Positions 1 to 9,055 of a DNA stretch of 64,000 nucleotides are shown in pieces. The stretch comes from an uncultured Planctomycetota bacterium (lineage in GTDB: Bacteria > Planctomycetota > Planctomycetia > Isosphaerales > Isosphaeraceae), in NCBI GenBank assembly GCA_963737655.1, contig CAVTTN010000002.1, forward strand, positions 608,001 through 672,000, in the 5' to 3' direction. The notes beneath the pieces were generated by a model, which did no database searches, was not told the DNA's origin, and saw only the letters and a list, made by a program, of their open reading frames with translations. The position numbers were made by a program, and so were the translations under genes. How positions within the stretch are numbered: position 1 is the stretch's first letter; every line of letters begins with the position of its first letter.

Positions 1-3000
1 AGGCGACCAGCGCCTTGCCCGACGCTCGCCGGATCTGGAACCGGGGCTGGGCCAGCGAACCTTCCGTCTCCACCGCCGCCCGGGCGACCGCCGAGGCCAG
101 CCGCTGCTGCCGGGCCGCATCGGCGGGGTTGGCGGCGGGACGCAGGAGGATCGTCAGGTCGATGATCTCCGGGAGCGTGACGACGCCGCCGAGCCGCTGG
201 ATCTGCTCGCAAAGTTCGTGGCGGAACGAGTTGAGCAGCGGGTCCTTGGCCCATCGGTTCCGGTCCGCCGTGAGCACCTGCCCGACCCGGGCACGGGTGA
301 TCCCAAGGGCGTCGGCGACTTCCGCCTGGCTCGGCCAGTGGGAGGCCGGTTGCGACTCACGGGCCGACACCCCGAGCAGCCCGGCCCGGATGTTCCATTC
401 GCCCTCTTTTTTCGGATTCCGCACCCCGACCGTCCGCTGCTCCAACGCTTCGAGGCTGGGAGGGCCGGTCGCCTCGTCGGCGATCGCCTGATCCTTGGAG
501 CGAGGGGCCGGGGCGTCGGGGAATCGGGCTCGCAACTCGGTGACGAAGCGGATGATCTCCTGCCGGGTCTGGTTCCCGACCCCCCGCATCAGGTGGATCT
601 CCCGGGCCGGGAACGCCAGGAGGTCACGGACGGCGAGCACCTCGGCCCGTTCGAGGGCGTTGCGGGCTCGTGTGGAGATGCCCAGGACGGCGATCGGCGT
701 CCCCAGGTCCGCCTGTTCGAGCGACACGCTCAGTTCGACCTCGTGGCCGGTCGGCGTCTTGATCGTGCGCTGCTCGGCCACCTTGAAGACCTGCTGCCAC
801 GCCCATCGCATCTGGTCGGCGTTGTCGAACCGCTGGCTCGGGTCCCGGTGCAGCCCTTTGCGGAAGAATTCCTCCATCCCGTCCCGGACGCTGGGGTCGA
901 ACTTCTCGGCCTCGATCGCCAGTTCGTCGTCGGTCAGGGCGGGGTCGGACCGGTCCTTGCCCCACTGCGGGAGGATGCCTGCACCCAGGGTCATCTCGTA
1001 CAGAGTCACCGCCGCCGAGTAGCGTTCCGCCGCCAGGTCCCAGCGTCCCGGCTTGCGGTTCTTGAGGAACGGGTCCCTGTAGCCCTCCGTGCCGACGTTG
1101 ATGTTCTCCAGCGGGGCTCGGGCCAGGGAGAAGTCGAACAGGATCAACTGATTCCGCTGCTTGGTCAGCGACCGGATGCCGATGTTGTCGGGCTTGATGT
1201 CCCGGTGGACGACGCCGTGCCGCTCCAGCGAGGCGAGCGCCGAGAGCAGGTCGTCGCCGTATCGGGCGAGCATCTCCAGGCCCGGCACCCCATCGCTGCG
1301 AAGCAGGGCGGCGAGCGTGCGATCGCCCGCCTTTTGCAGGACGAGGACCGTCCTCCCGCCCATCGTCAGTTCGTCCACGAGAGCGACGATGAACTCGCTG
1401 TGGATCGTCCTGAGCGCCTCGGCCTCGTCGTGCAGCCGGTCGTTGTCGGCGTCGGTGAGGGCAACTTTGAGGACGAAATCCTTGTCCTCCTTCTTCACGA
1501 GCAAGGCGATGGCCGTCGCCCCCTGGCCGAGGACCCGCTCGACGACGAATCCATGAGGCAACTGGTCGCCCCGCTTGGCCTGCAAGGGATCGGCGACGAG
1601 GTTCTCGGCGGGGGCAGTCAGTTCATCTTCGACGTCATCGAGCAGGGTGAGGAAATCCTCGACCGAGCCGATGCGGGTGAGCACGTCGGGATGGGTGCTC
1701 CACCGGATCAGTTCTTCGAGCTTCGGCCCGGCACCGTCGAGCACGGCGGAGATGGAGAGGCCCTTCTGCTCCCGCAGGATCTTGGCGAGTTCGGTCGGGG
1801 TGGTTGCCGGTGGCCGGGAGGCGAACAGGTGGAAGGCGATGGCACCCAGCGAGAAGACGTCCGACGCCTCCGTGACCTTGCGGGAGTCCGAGATCGCCTC
1901 GGGCGAGAGGTACACGAGGGCCTGCGACTCGACCAGATCCTCGACGTTCGTGACCCGGCCCGAGGTCGAGGCCGTCTCACGGACGCCGACCTGCCAGTTG
2001 TAGACCTGGAGCTTCGGCATCGCCGAGCCCGCATCGCTGACGAGGATGCTCTGGGGGCACAGCGCCCTGTGGACGACCCGCTTGCGGTGGGCGTATCGGA
2101 TGGCGTCGGCGACCTGCCGCAGCATCTCCAGGCGGTGTCCGGTCGTCAGGTTCGTGCCGTGGAGCTTCAGATAATGATCGAGCCGGACGGCAGCCGGGTC
2201 GAGGTAGCGGAAGAGCAAGGCCGGGCCGTGCTCGTGCTCCTTGTAATCCAGTACGGGCAGGATGCCGGTGTGGTCCAGCGTCTGGATGATCTGGAACTCA
2301 CGGGCGGCTGCCCTCTGGAGCCGTTTCCGGTCCTCCTCGGAGGAGGCTTGGGCCACGGTGTACTGGCGGACCCGGCAGTAGACATTCTCGAAGGAGGCGT
2401 GCTTGGCGAGCCGGTCCTGATAGCCCGGTCCATCGGCGAGCAGGTCGCCCAGAACGTAGTCTCCGACCCGCCTAGACTTCTGGGAGGGGCGGATGCCCGC
2501 CTGATCGACGGCCCTCGCCAGCGCCCGAGACAGCGGGGAGTCGATGGGCGTGCGGAGTTCGGGGTCGATGCCCGGCCCATCCCGGTTGATCAGGGCGGCG
2601 AGGATGCCCTTGCGCTCGGCGTGGTGGGCGTCCGCAGGCCGGTCCTTCAGCAAGACCCGGTTGCGGGCGGGGCCGGTGAGGTCGAATTGGAGGTTGTCCG
2701 CCGAGAGGAACACGAGTGCGTCGAGCCAGGGCAGGCGGAACTTGCTCACGGCGGACTGGGACTTGAGCAAGGAGGACAACGCCTTCGCCTTGCGGTTGGC
2801 GAGCAGGACGGGATTATCCTCGGAGCGGGTACGGCCCTCGTGGGAGCAGGTCCAGGTCGCCGAATCGCCCGAGATCCGGCCCGCCCACGCCTTCGTCTCC
2901 ACGAGCCAGAACCCCTGCTTGGTCAGGACGAGGAGGTCAACCTCGTAGATGGCCCCGTCGTCGGTCTGGAACTCGAAGTTGGACCAGGCCCTGTACGGAT

Positions 3001-3094
3001 CGTGGTCGGGCAGTCCCGTTCGGATGAAGTCCAGGCCACGACGCTCCCACTCGTACTGAGAAGGCGTGATGATGTTCCAGCGGGGGATTTCCAT
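1..3094 (-). CDS. pglW: BREX type 2 (Pgl) serine/threonine kinase PglW, 5' part; runs off the left edge of the window
   Basis: Not in the ORF track (no stop in window). Hand translation from ATG 3094 gives MEIPRWNIITPSQYEWERRGLDFIRTGLPDHDPYRAWSNFEF...YEVDLLVLTKQGFWLVETK (NERD domain), a degenerate kinase (VVHRAL...SDVFSLG), a second kinase (LGQGATA, VLK, VVHRDIKPDN, LFDFSLA) and an RNAP alpha-CTD-like segment (LGISTRARNALERAEVLAVRDLL...MRGVGNQTRQEI). This architecture is diagnostic of PglW. Confidence 0.9.
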   Translation of the reverse strand, partial: MEIPRWNIITPSQYEWERRGLDFIRTGLPDHDPYRAWSNFEFQTDDGAIYEVDLLVLTKQGFWLVETKAWAGRISGDSATWTCSHEGRTRSEDNPVLLANRKAKALSSLLKSQSAVSKFRLPWLDALVFLSADNLQFDLTGPARNRVLLKDRPADAHHAERKGILAALINRDGPGIDPELRTPIDSPLSRALARAVDQAGIRPSQKSRRVGDYVLGDLLADGPGYQDRLAKHASFENVYCRVRQYTVAQASSEEDRKRLQRAAAREFQIIQTLDHTGILPVLDYKEHEHGPALLFRYLDPAAVRLDHYLKLHGTNLTTGHRLEMLRQVADAIRYAHRKRVVHRALCPQSILVSDAGSAMPKLQVYNWQVGVRETASTSGRVTNVEDLVESQALVYLSPEAISDSRKVTEASDVFSLGAIAFHLFASRPPATTPTELAKILREQKGLSISAVLDGAGPKLEELIRWSTHPDVLTRIGSVEDFLTLLDDVEDELTAPAENLVADPLQAKRGDQLPHGFVVERVLGQGATAIALLVKKEDKDFVLKVALTDADNDRLHDEAEALRTIHSEFIVALVDELTMGGRTVLVLQKAGDRTLAALLRSDGVPGLEMLARYGDDLLSALASLERHGVVHRDIKPDNIGIRSLTKQRNQLILFDFSLARAPLENINVGTEGYRDPFLKNRKPGRWDLAAERYSAAVTLYEMTLGAGILPQWGKDRSDPALTDDELAIEAEKFDPSVRDGMEEFFRKGLHRDPSQRFDNADQMRWAWQQVFKVAEQRTIKTPTGHEVELSVSLEQADLGTPIAVLGISTRARNALERAEVLAVRDLLAFPAREIHLMRGVGNQTRQEIIRFVTELRARFPDAPAPRSKDQAIADEATGPPSLEALEQRTVGVRNPKKEGEWNIRAGLLGVSARESQPASHWPSQAEVADALGITRARVGQVLTADRNRWAKDPLLNSFRHELCEQIQRLGGVVTLPEIIDLTILLRPAANPADAARQQRLASAVARAAVETEGSLAQPRFQIRRASGKALVA

Positions 3095-3125
3095 GCTCAA
3101 CTTCGGTCCTACGCCGCCCGGACTG

Positions 3126-3338
3126 TCAGGGCGAGGCGGGTCGATCCTTGGGGACCGTCCGCTCCACCTGGCCCAACATGGAATCGAGGTCTTGCTGCCG
3201 GAAGAGTCGATAGCGATTCACCGGATGGCGGTGCGTCACGATCTTCCCCGCCTTCTCCCAGTTGCGCAGAGTATTCGGGGCGACCCCGAGATACTCGGCT
3301 GCCTCCGAGATCTTGAGATATTCCCGCAACTTAGCCAC
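3126..3338 (-). CDS. Small MerR/excisionase-like helix-turn-helix DNA-binding protein
   Basis: MAKLREYLKISEAAEYLGVAPNTLRNWEKAGKIVTHRHPVNRYRLF. GTG start at 3338 with GGAGG 7 nt upstream; ends 31 nt before pglW. Confidence 0.85.
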   Translation of the reverse strand: MAKLREYLKISEAAEYLGVAPNTLRNWEKAGKIVTHRHPVNRYRLFRQQDLDSMLGQVERTVPKDRPASP

Positions 3339-3366
3339 GCAGGGGCCTCCCAGGGCCACGTCGTTC

Positions 3367-3402
3367 CCTACCAAACCTTACCAAGACCACGACGGGATGC
3401 AA
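3367..3402 (-). promoter_or_regulatory. Putative sigma70-type promoter for HTH-pglW, overlapped by 10-bp-period direct repeats
   Basis: Minus strand TTGCAT-16 nt-TAAGGT with a TGn extension. TACCAA occurs at 3369 and 3379 on the plus strand. Confidence 0.4.
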
Positions 3403-3710
3403 GCCGGTGGCCCCGGACCTGTCCGAGTTAGCGACTTTAAGTTTTAATTTCATGTGTTGATATGCAAAAATCTAAAGAATTTGAACACGGCACGATGGTG
3501 TGAGCTTCCTGCCCATGTATCCCGGTCATCCGGTCTGTCCTGGTACCGAACGAGAGGGTCAGTGGGGAGCGGGTCGCCAAGGTGGTGATCATGTCAATGT
3601 CCATTCCGGGCACGAGCGTCAAACCAATCCAACTGATAGAATCCTGCAAGTCCGACATCTCGGCGAGAGGCGAAGCGGCTTCAATCCATCCAATACAAGC
3701 TGTGGACTCG

Positions 3711-4223
3711 ATGAAAATCCTTTTCCTGCACGGCTGGCACTCGGTCCCCGGCGGGATCAAGCCGAGTCACCTGACTCAGCACGGCCATGAGGTCTTCAAC
3801 CCGCCCCTCGATGACGACGACTTCGGCCAGGCTCTTCGCTATGCCCAATTCGAGTACGACCGCCATCGCCCCGAGGTGATCGTGGGCTCCTCAAGAGGAG
3901 GGGCCGTGGCGATGAATCTCGATTCTGGATCGACCTCGCTCGTGCTCCTCTGCCCGGCGTGGAAACGCTGGGGCACGGCCACAACGGTCAAGCTGGGCAC
4001 CTTGATCCTGCACAGCGAGGCCGACGACGTGATCCCGATCGCCGAGAGCCGGGAACTGGTGCGGGCCAGCGGCCTGCCCGAGTCGGCGCTGATCATCGTG
4101 GGCAACGACCATCGTCTGGCAGACCCCGAGCCACTGGCGGCGATGCTGGCGGCGTGCGAGAGCAAGGACGACCTGATCGACCGCATGGACGCCGTGAAAT
4201 TGCCCTGCATAATTGATGAATAG
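3711..4223 (+). CDS. Small alpha/beta hydrolase (YqiA-like esterase)
   Basis: MKILFLHGWHS..., nucleophile motif VGSSRGG, Asp in HSEADDVIP, His in GNDHRL. Confidence 0.85.
   Translation: MKILFLHGWHSVPGGIKPSHLTQHGHEVFNPPLDDDDFGQALRYAQFEYDRHRPEVIVGSSRGGAVAMNLDSGSTSLVLLCPAWKRWGTATTVKLGTLILHSEADDVIPIAESRELVRASGLPESALIIVGNDHRLADPEPLAAMLAACESKDDLIDRMDAVKLPCIIDE
3973..4160 (+). repeat. Copy 1 of a 188-bp diverged direct repeat (hydrolase 3' end)
   Basis: Aligns without gaps to 5506-5693; about 24 mismatches by hand count. Confidence 0.9.
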
Positions 4224-4252
4224 AATCGACCGGCGTGGTGGAGCGAGAAGGC

Positions 4253-4720
4253 ATGAACGAGCCACAGCCAGTCAATCAATGCGACGACGCCGTCAACTCC
4301 ATCGTGGTGTACCGGGTTATCGGCCTGTTCCTGCTTGCGGTGATCAGCGGATCTTCGGTATTCCTCGTTCACCAGGTTGCGTGGCCGTGGGTTGCGGTGT
4401 CGTTTTTCGTCGGAGCATTTGCTGGGATCTTCGTAGGGTTTAATTTTGGCGTCCATACGCAATTAACCGTGGCAACGATGGCGGTCGTGGCGGGGTTTCT
4501 TGAGGGCGTTTACCGGGGCTGGAAAGCCTACGGGTTGGCCGGGGCCGTACTCGGCGGGCCAGCGGGTCTTCTTGCCAGTGTTGTGTTGATAATGCTTACA
4601 ATTATATTGATGACTGTCGTCGTTATGCTGTGTGGCGGAAATCCATTCGTGAGTGTCCCCGAAGAATCCTCCGGGGGCGGCGTAGGACGACGAGGACGAA
4701 ACAAGAAGACTGGGATAACC
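4253..4720 (+). CDS. Hypothetical membrane protein (about 4 TM), open in frame into the downstream methyltransferase
   Basis: Hydrophobic stretches (VIGLFLLAVISGSSVFLV; VAVSFFVGAFAGIFVGF; LLASVVLIMLTIILMTVVVML) and AT-richer codons. No stop before ATG 4721. Confidence 0.55.
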
Positions 4721-5332
4721 ATGACCGTACCCGACCGCAACACCTTCGAATCCGCATACGCAGGGCAAGCCCCCTGGGATATCGGCAAGCCGCAGCAGGC
4801 ACTCCTGGAGGTGGCGGCACGAGTTCAAGGGTCGATCCTCGACGTCGGATGCGGCACGGGGGAGAACGCCCTCTACTTCGCCGGTCTGGGACGAAAGGTT
4901 ACGGGCATCGACTTCCTCGCCGGGCCGATCGAGAGTGCGAAGCAGAAGGCCATCGAGCGGGGTTTGAAGGCGACGTTCCTCGTCATGGATGCCCTTGCCT
5001 TGACGTCTCTTCCCGAGGTGTATGACTCGGTGATCGACAGCGGCCTGTTCCACGTCTTCGACGATGCGGATCGGCGGCGATACATCCAGGGATTGGCGAC
5101 CATCCTCAGGCCGGGAGGTCGGCTGTTCCTGGTGTGCTTCAGCGACGAGGAGCCCGGCACCCAGGGGCCGAGGAGGGTCACGCAGCAGGAGATCCGGGAT
5201 TCCTTTGCGGACGGCTGGGCCGTGGAAGAGGTCCGGGCGACGAGGTTCGAGGTCGTCCCCGACCTGAAGGACATCTCGTTCAGCGAGGGCGGGCCGAGGG
5301 CGTGGCTCTCGGTGGTCCGGCGGGAGGGCTGA
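4721..5332 (+). CDS. Class I SAM-dependent methyltransferase
   Basis: MTVPDRNTFESAYAGQAPWDIGKPQ, motif I ILDVGCGTGEN, VTGIDF, YDSVIDSGLFHVF, LRPGGRL. Confidence 0.85.
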   Translation: MTVPDRNTFESAYAGQAPWDIGKPQQALLEVAARVQGSILDVGCGTGENALYFAGLGRKVTGIDFLAGPIESAKQKAIERGLKATFLVMDALALTSLPEVYDSVIDSGLFHVFDDADRRRYIQGLATILRPGGRLFLVCFSDEEPGTQGPRRVTQQEIRDSFADGWAVEEVRATRFEVVPDLKDISFSEGGPRAWLSVVRREG

Positions 5333-5505
5333 CTCAAGCACAGGGAAGGCAGACCACCGGCCCTTGGCGACGGGATGCCGCCACGGGCCGGTCTGCACGA
5401 GCACTGCACCTCCTCGAAGGGGCTGGACCTCAGCGGAAGGTTCGTGCGGTGCGAGAAGTGGACGATCGTTTTCATCAAGGGCAAGTACAAGGGCCGGTCT
5501 CTTGA

Positions 5506-5708
5506 GCACGGCCAGGACGGTCCAGCCAGGCACGATCATCCTGCACAGCGAGGCCGACGACCTGATCCCGATCGCCGACAGCCGGGAACTGATGCGGGCC
5601 AGCGGATTGCCCGAGTCGGCCCTGGTCATCGTCGGCAACGACCATCGGCTGGCCGACATCGAGCCTCTGGCGGCGATGCTTGGGTCGTGCGAGGAGGCGC
5701 TCTCCTGA
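5506..5708 (+). pseudogene. Orphan 3' fragment of the alpha/beta hydrolase (repeat copy 2, 5506-5693)
   Basis: TARTVQPGTIILHSEADDLIPIADSRELMRASGLPESALVIVGNDHRLADIEPLAAML; lacks the N-terminal half including the catalytic Ser. Confidence 0.85.
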
Positions 5709-5855
5709 CGGCGATGCAAACATCCGGCAGGGCGGACGCACTCGGCGATAACGGGCCGGGTATGCATCGAGCGACGGCAAAACCCACGAACCATCCCCCG
5801 ATCCTCGGTGTCGAGAGGGGATTACGAGGATGGCGTCACGATCGGGGACGATGCG

Positions 5856-7484
5856 ATGGGATGGCTGCGTCGGATGTTCGGGGGAGGCGATGGCGAGATG
5901 CGTCAGGAACCCCCGTCGATGCCCTGGGACGCTCACCCCTCGATCCTGGAGCACGTCCGTTCTCACGTCCCCGCCGACGGGCCGGGGTTGACCGCCGGGG
6001 GTGAGACGCTACCAGACGAAGACCGGATCGCCCAGGGCTCCAAGATCCGGTGGGCTGCGGGTGCGTTCGACGGGGTGGCGACCCACCACATGGGGACGGG
6101 GGAAGACGAGGAATCCGTCCGCAAGTCGGTGCGACTCGTCGCCGATTACTCCCGGCAGCCGACGGCCATGAACAAGGCCGCTGTCTACAACCACGTCATC
6201 GCCGCACATGTCGTCTCGATCATCGATGCCGTCATCGAGGCGCTGGTGAACAGACCCGGCATCGACCACAGCAGGCTTTACGAACTCGCCCGCTCCTTCG
6301 TCACCGAGGCTCCAGACCGGGAACCGGTCAAGTTCGGGATCGCCATCCTGGGCCTGTTCCGCCAGCCCGAGGACCTGGAACTCTTCCAGACGCTCGGTCG
6401 CCACGACGAATTCACACTCTTCTGCGTCGTCGCCCTCGCCAACGCCCCCGAGGGCCACGATGAGGCCCTATGGACGCTGGCCCGCAACGTCACGGGCTGG
6501 GGACGCATCCATGCGGTGGAGCGTCTCGCCCAGGTCACGGACCCGGCGATCAAGCGGTGGTTGCTCCGGGAGGGCTATCGGAATTCGGTCATGTACGAGT
6601 ACCTCGCAGGGACCTGCGCCAGGGCCGGTGGACTGTCGATCGCCCTGACCGAGGGTCCGGTAGACAGAGAACTGCTGACCTCAGCCGGTGAGATCCTCCA
6701 GGCTTTGATCGCTGGCGGTCCCGCCGAGGGCATCGACGATTACGAGGATGCCCGCCCGGTGATCGAGTCGTACCTGGGCCACATGGCGGCGTCCGCCGAG
6801 ACGGTCGAGGATTTCCTGCACGTCAACTCGATCAGGGGCTTCCTCGGCGAGGGCGAGGCCCGCTGGGCGACTCGCTACGATACCGGGTGGTCCGCCGAGG
6901 TCCGGGACGGGCTCCTCTCGGCTTGCGAGGAAATACTAGGTCGTCCCGAGTGGACGGATCGGGTCCGGGCGGGGTTGTCGAGCGTTGACGAACTGGAGTT
7001 GGCCCACGCCGACCGGGCGGCGAAGGCTTTGGGCATCGACACCTGGGACATCCACTGGCGAAGATTGCAGCGGCGGTCCACCGATCCTGGTCGGTGGTAT
7101 CACGTAATGGCCCTTTGCGATGAGGCCCGCATCGGGGAGGTCGTCGAGTTTGCGGTGGGGAGCCTCGACCTGGCCGGGATTGCGACCGGGCCGGGAGACG
7201 AACTCGGGCTGGGGAGTGGGTTCGAGCCGCATCGGTGCTTGGATTACGTCCTCCAGGAACTCGGACGCTTCCCTGGGGAGGGTGCGACCCTGATCGAAGC
7301 CGGGCTGAGGAGCCCGGTCGTCAGGAACCGCAACATGGCCGTCGCCGCACTCGCCGGTTGGACACGAGGGGAATGGCCGGGCGGTCTCGAAGGGGCCCTG
7401 GAGCAGTCAGCCGGGTGCGAGCCAGACGAAGGCGTGCGGGAGCGGATGCGGCAGGTCTTGAGGGGGGAGGCGTTTTCCCCGTGA
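5856..7484 (+). CDS. Hypothetical alpha-helical (HEAT/ARM-like) protein
   Basis: Long ORF with coding-like codon usage. Helical motifs such as DREPVKFGIAILGL, LGRHDEFTLF, GWGRIHAVERL, LRSPVVRNRNMAVAAL. Confidence 0.75.
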   Translation: MGWLRRMFGGGDGEMRQEPPSMPWDAHPSILEHVRSHVPADGPGLTAGGETLPDEDRIAQGSKIRWAAGAFDGVATHHMGTGEDEESVRKSVRLVADYSRQPTAMNKAAVYNHVIAAHVVSIIDAVIEALVNRPGIDHSRLYELARSFVTEAPDREPVKFGIAILGLFRQPEDLELFQTLGRHDEFTLFCVVALANAPEGHDEALWTLARNVTGWGRIHAVERLAQVTDPAIKRWLLREGYRNSVMYEYLAGTCARAGGLSIALTEGPVDRELLTSAGEILQALIAGGPAEGIDDYEDARPVIESYLGHMAASAETVEDFLHVNSIRGFLGEGEARWATRYDTGWSAEVRDGLLSACEEILGRPEWTDRVRAGLSSVDELELAHADRAAKALGIDTWDIHWRRLQRRSTDPGRWYHVMALCDEARIGEVVEFAVGSLDLAGIATGPGDELGLGSGFEPHRCLDYVLQELGRFPGEGATLIEAGLRSPVVRNRNMAVAALAGWTRGEWPGGLEGALEQSAGCEPDEGVRERMRQVLRGEAFSP

Positions 7485-7724
7485 TGGGGGCTCTCCACCG
7501 CTCGTGGCTTGATCGGACCGCTATGCCCCGTTTATGTATTCCCTCAAGTTCCCATGCCGAGGAAGTTTGAGTATTGGAAAGGTGCTCCCAGGTAGGTCAA
7601 GAGATGGGCGTCGAACCCAGGGGCACCCGGAGCGAGGCATGGTGAACGCCCAACATCCCAAGGGACCGCCGAGTCTGACCCAGAATCCCTGCGTCCATCC
7701 AGAACAAGCGAGCAGGAGACCCTC

Positions 7725-8144
7725 GTGCCGAGAGACCACCATCGCCAAGGGCGGGACAAGGACCTCTTGCGGAGACTGGCGAAAGATCGAGTCGGTCAGC
7801 ATAAAGAGCCTGGTCGCCAGGACTCCGAAGCCCCTCTGGTCGTCGTTTGGCAGGTAGTTAACGACAACGGCAATCCGGTCCAGACTTTCTCCTTCGCCCA
7901 GAAGGACGACGCAGAACACCTCGTAAAGGCCCTGGCGGACCGGCCCGGTGGCCCTTTCACGCTTCGCCAGGCCAAGGTGTCTTCAGAAACCATCGACGAC
8001 CTTCCTCCAGCCGACAAGCTGCCTTCCTGGGGCTCCCGAAGGAGATGTGGGAACGGGCGACCTATCGATCACTCCCCGATTCTCCCGGCCCGATCGTGGG
8101 TTCATCCTCGGGGGAGACAGAGACTCTCCTATTCAGCGTCCTGA
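7725..8144 (+). CDS. Hypothetical protein
   Basis: GTG start after AGGAG. The core WQVVNDNGNPVQTFSFAQKDDAEHLVKAL looks protein-like; 3' end uncertain because it overlaps the next ORF. Confidence 0.4.
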   Translation: MPRDHHRQGRDKDLLRRLAKDRVGQHKEPGRQDSEAPLVVVWQVVNDNGNPVQTFSFAQKDDAEHLVKALADRPGGPFTLRQAKVSSETIDDLPPADKLPSWGSRRRCGNGRPIDHSPILPARSWVHPRGRQRLSYSAS

Positions 8145-8266
8145 GCGGGAACGAGAAGCCGGTTGTCCTCAAGGTCGAGATGAGCCTGGACCAGATGATC
8201 TTCCTGGCGAGCAAGATCATGAACCACGTCGCCAGGATGACCAAAGAGCCCATAATAAGGCGGTGA
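8045..8266 (+). CDS. Small hypothetical protein
   Basis: 73 aa with an amphipathic C-terminal helix (VEMSLDQMIFLASKIMNHVARM). Confidence 0.35.
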   Translation: MWERATYRSLPDSPGPIVGSSSGETETLLFSVLSGNEKPVVLKVEMSLDQMIFLASKIMNHVARMTKEPIIRR

Positions 8267-8891
8267 AGATGATCGGCGGACCGTGCACGCAGAATGAGTT
8301 TGGAAGTCGGGCTGAGGGTCGGATGTTCTCGGGATGAAGTGCTGGCGAAGTTGAAGCGGGTGGTCAACCGGCGACATGGGCGGTCCATCTTGCGGAGTGC
8401 CGCCACGATGCCGATGCTGGGCGTCCAAAAAAGTCTCGTCGAACGAGTCCAACATCTCCGACGGTCGGGGCAAGATGCGCCTCGGCCCTCGCCAGCCGAT
8501 CGGGCTGCGAATTCAACACCGTTGAAGCCGGTCGTCACCTGCTACCATCCTTGCCCGATCAGGGGACCCCGGCCAGCGAAGGCACGAGCAGGAGGAGATG
8601 GAAATCCCTTGCGATTGCTTATGAGTGTCCTGGAAGAATTATTGACTGGACATCTGGTTTTCGGGAGAAAGCGTCTCGCCATCCGGCATCGGCTCGGGGC
8701 ATGGCATCCAGTTCTTGTCGGGCTGGGTGATGGTCGGACACTTCGAGCCGGTCGAGAGTCGTCCTCCCTGGGTTTTGTGAATTCACAAAAAATCCCCTTC
8801 TTCGCCCCACACGCCCTGCGAAACACCGGCAAAGTCCGCAAACTATGGGACGCCCTAAGTTTCGCCGACACAGGGACTTGAAGACGCAAAC

Positions 8892-8920
8892 TTGACAACG
8901 GGAGGGGTTTCTGGAAAGAT
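8892..8920 (+). promoter_or_regulatory. Putative outward-facing promoter just inside the att site
   Basis: TTGACA (8892-8897), 17 nt, AAAGAT (8915-8920), preceded by TGn. Confidence 0.45.
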
Positions 8921-8931
8921 GAGGGCTCGAA

Positions 8932-8973
<42 letters not shown>

Positions 8974-9055
8974 TTTCCGCCAGCCCCGGACTCGATCCGC
9001 CCCGATCCGTCCCCAGCGAGGGGCAAAGCCTCCTCTCCCGGCATCCTCGCTCGTC

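Noticed and set aside
218..3316. 1032-aa plus-strand ORF
   Set aside because: Antisense shadow of pglW; no recognisable motifs. Stop-poor opposite strands are expected in GC-rich DNA.
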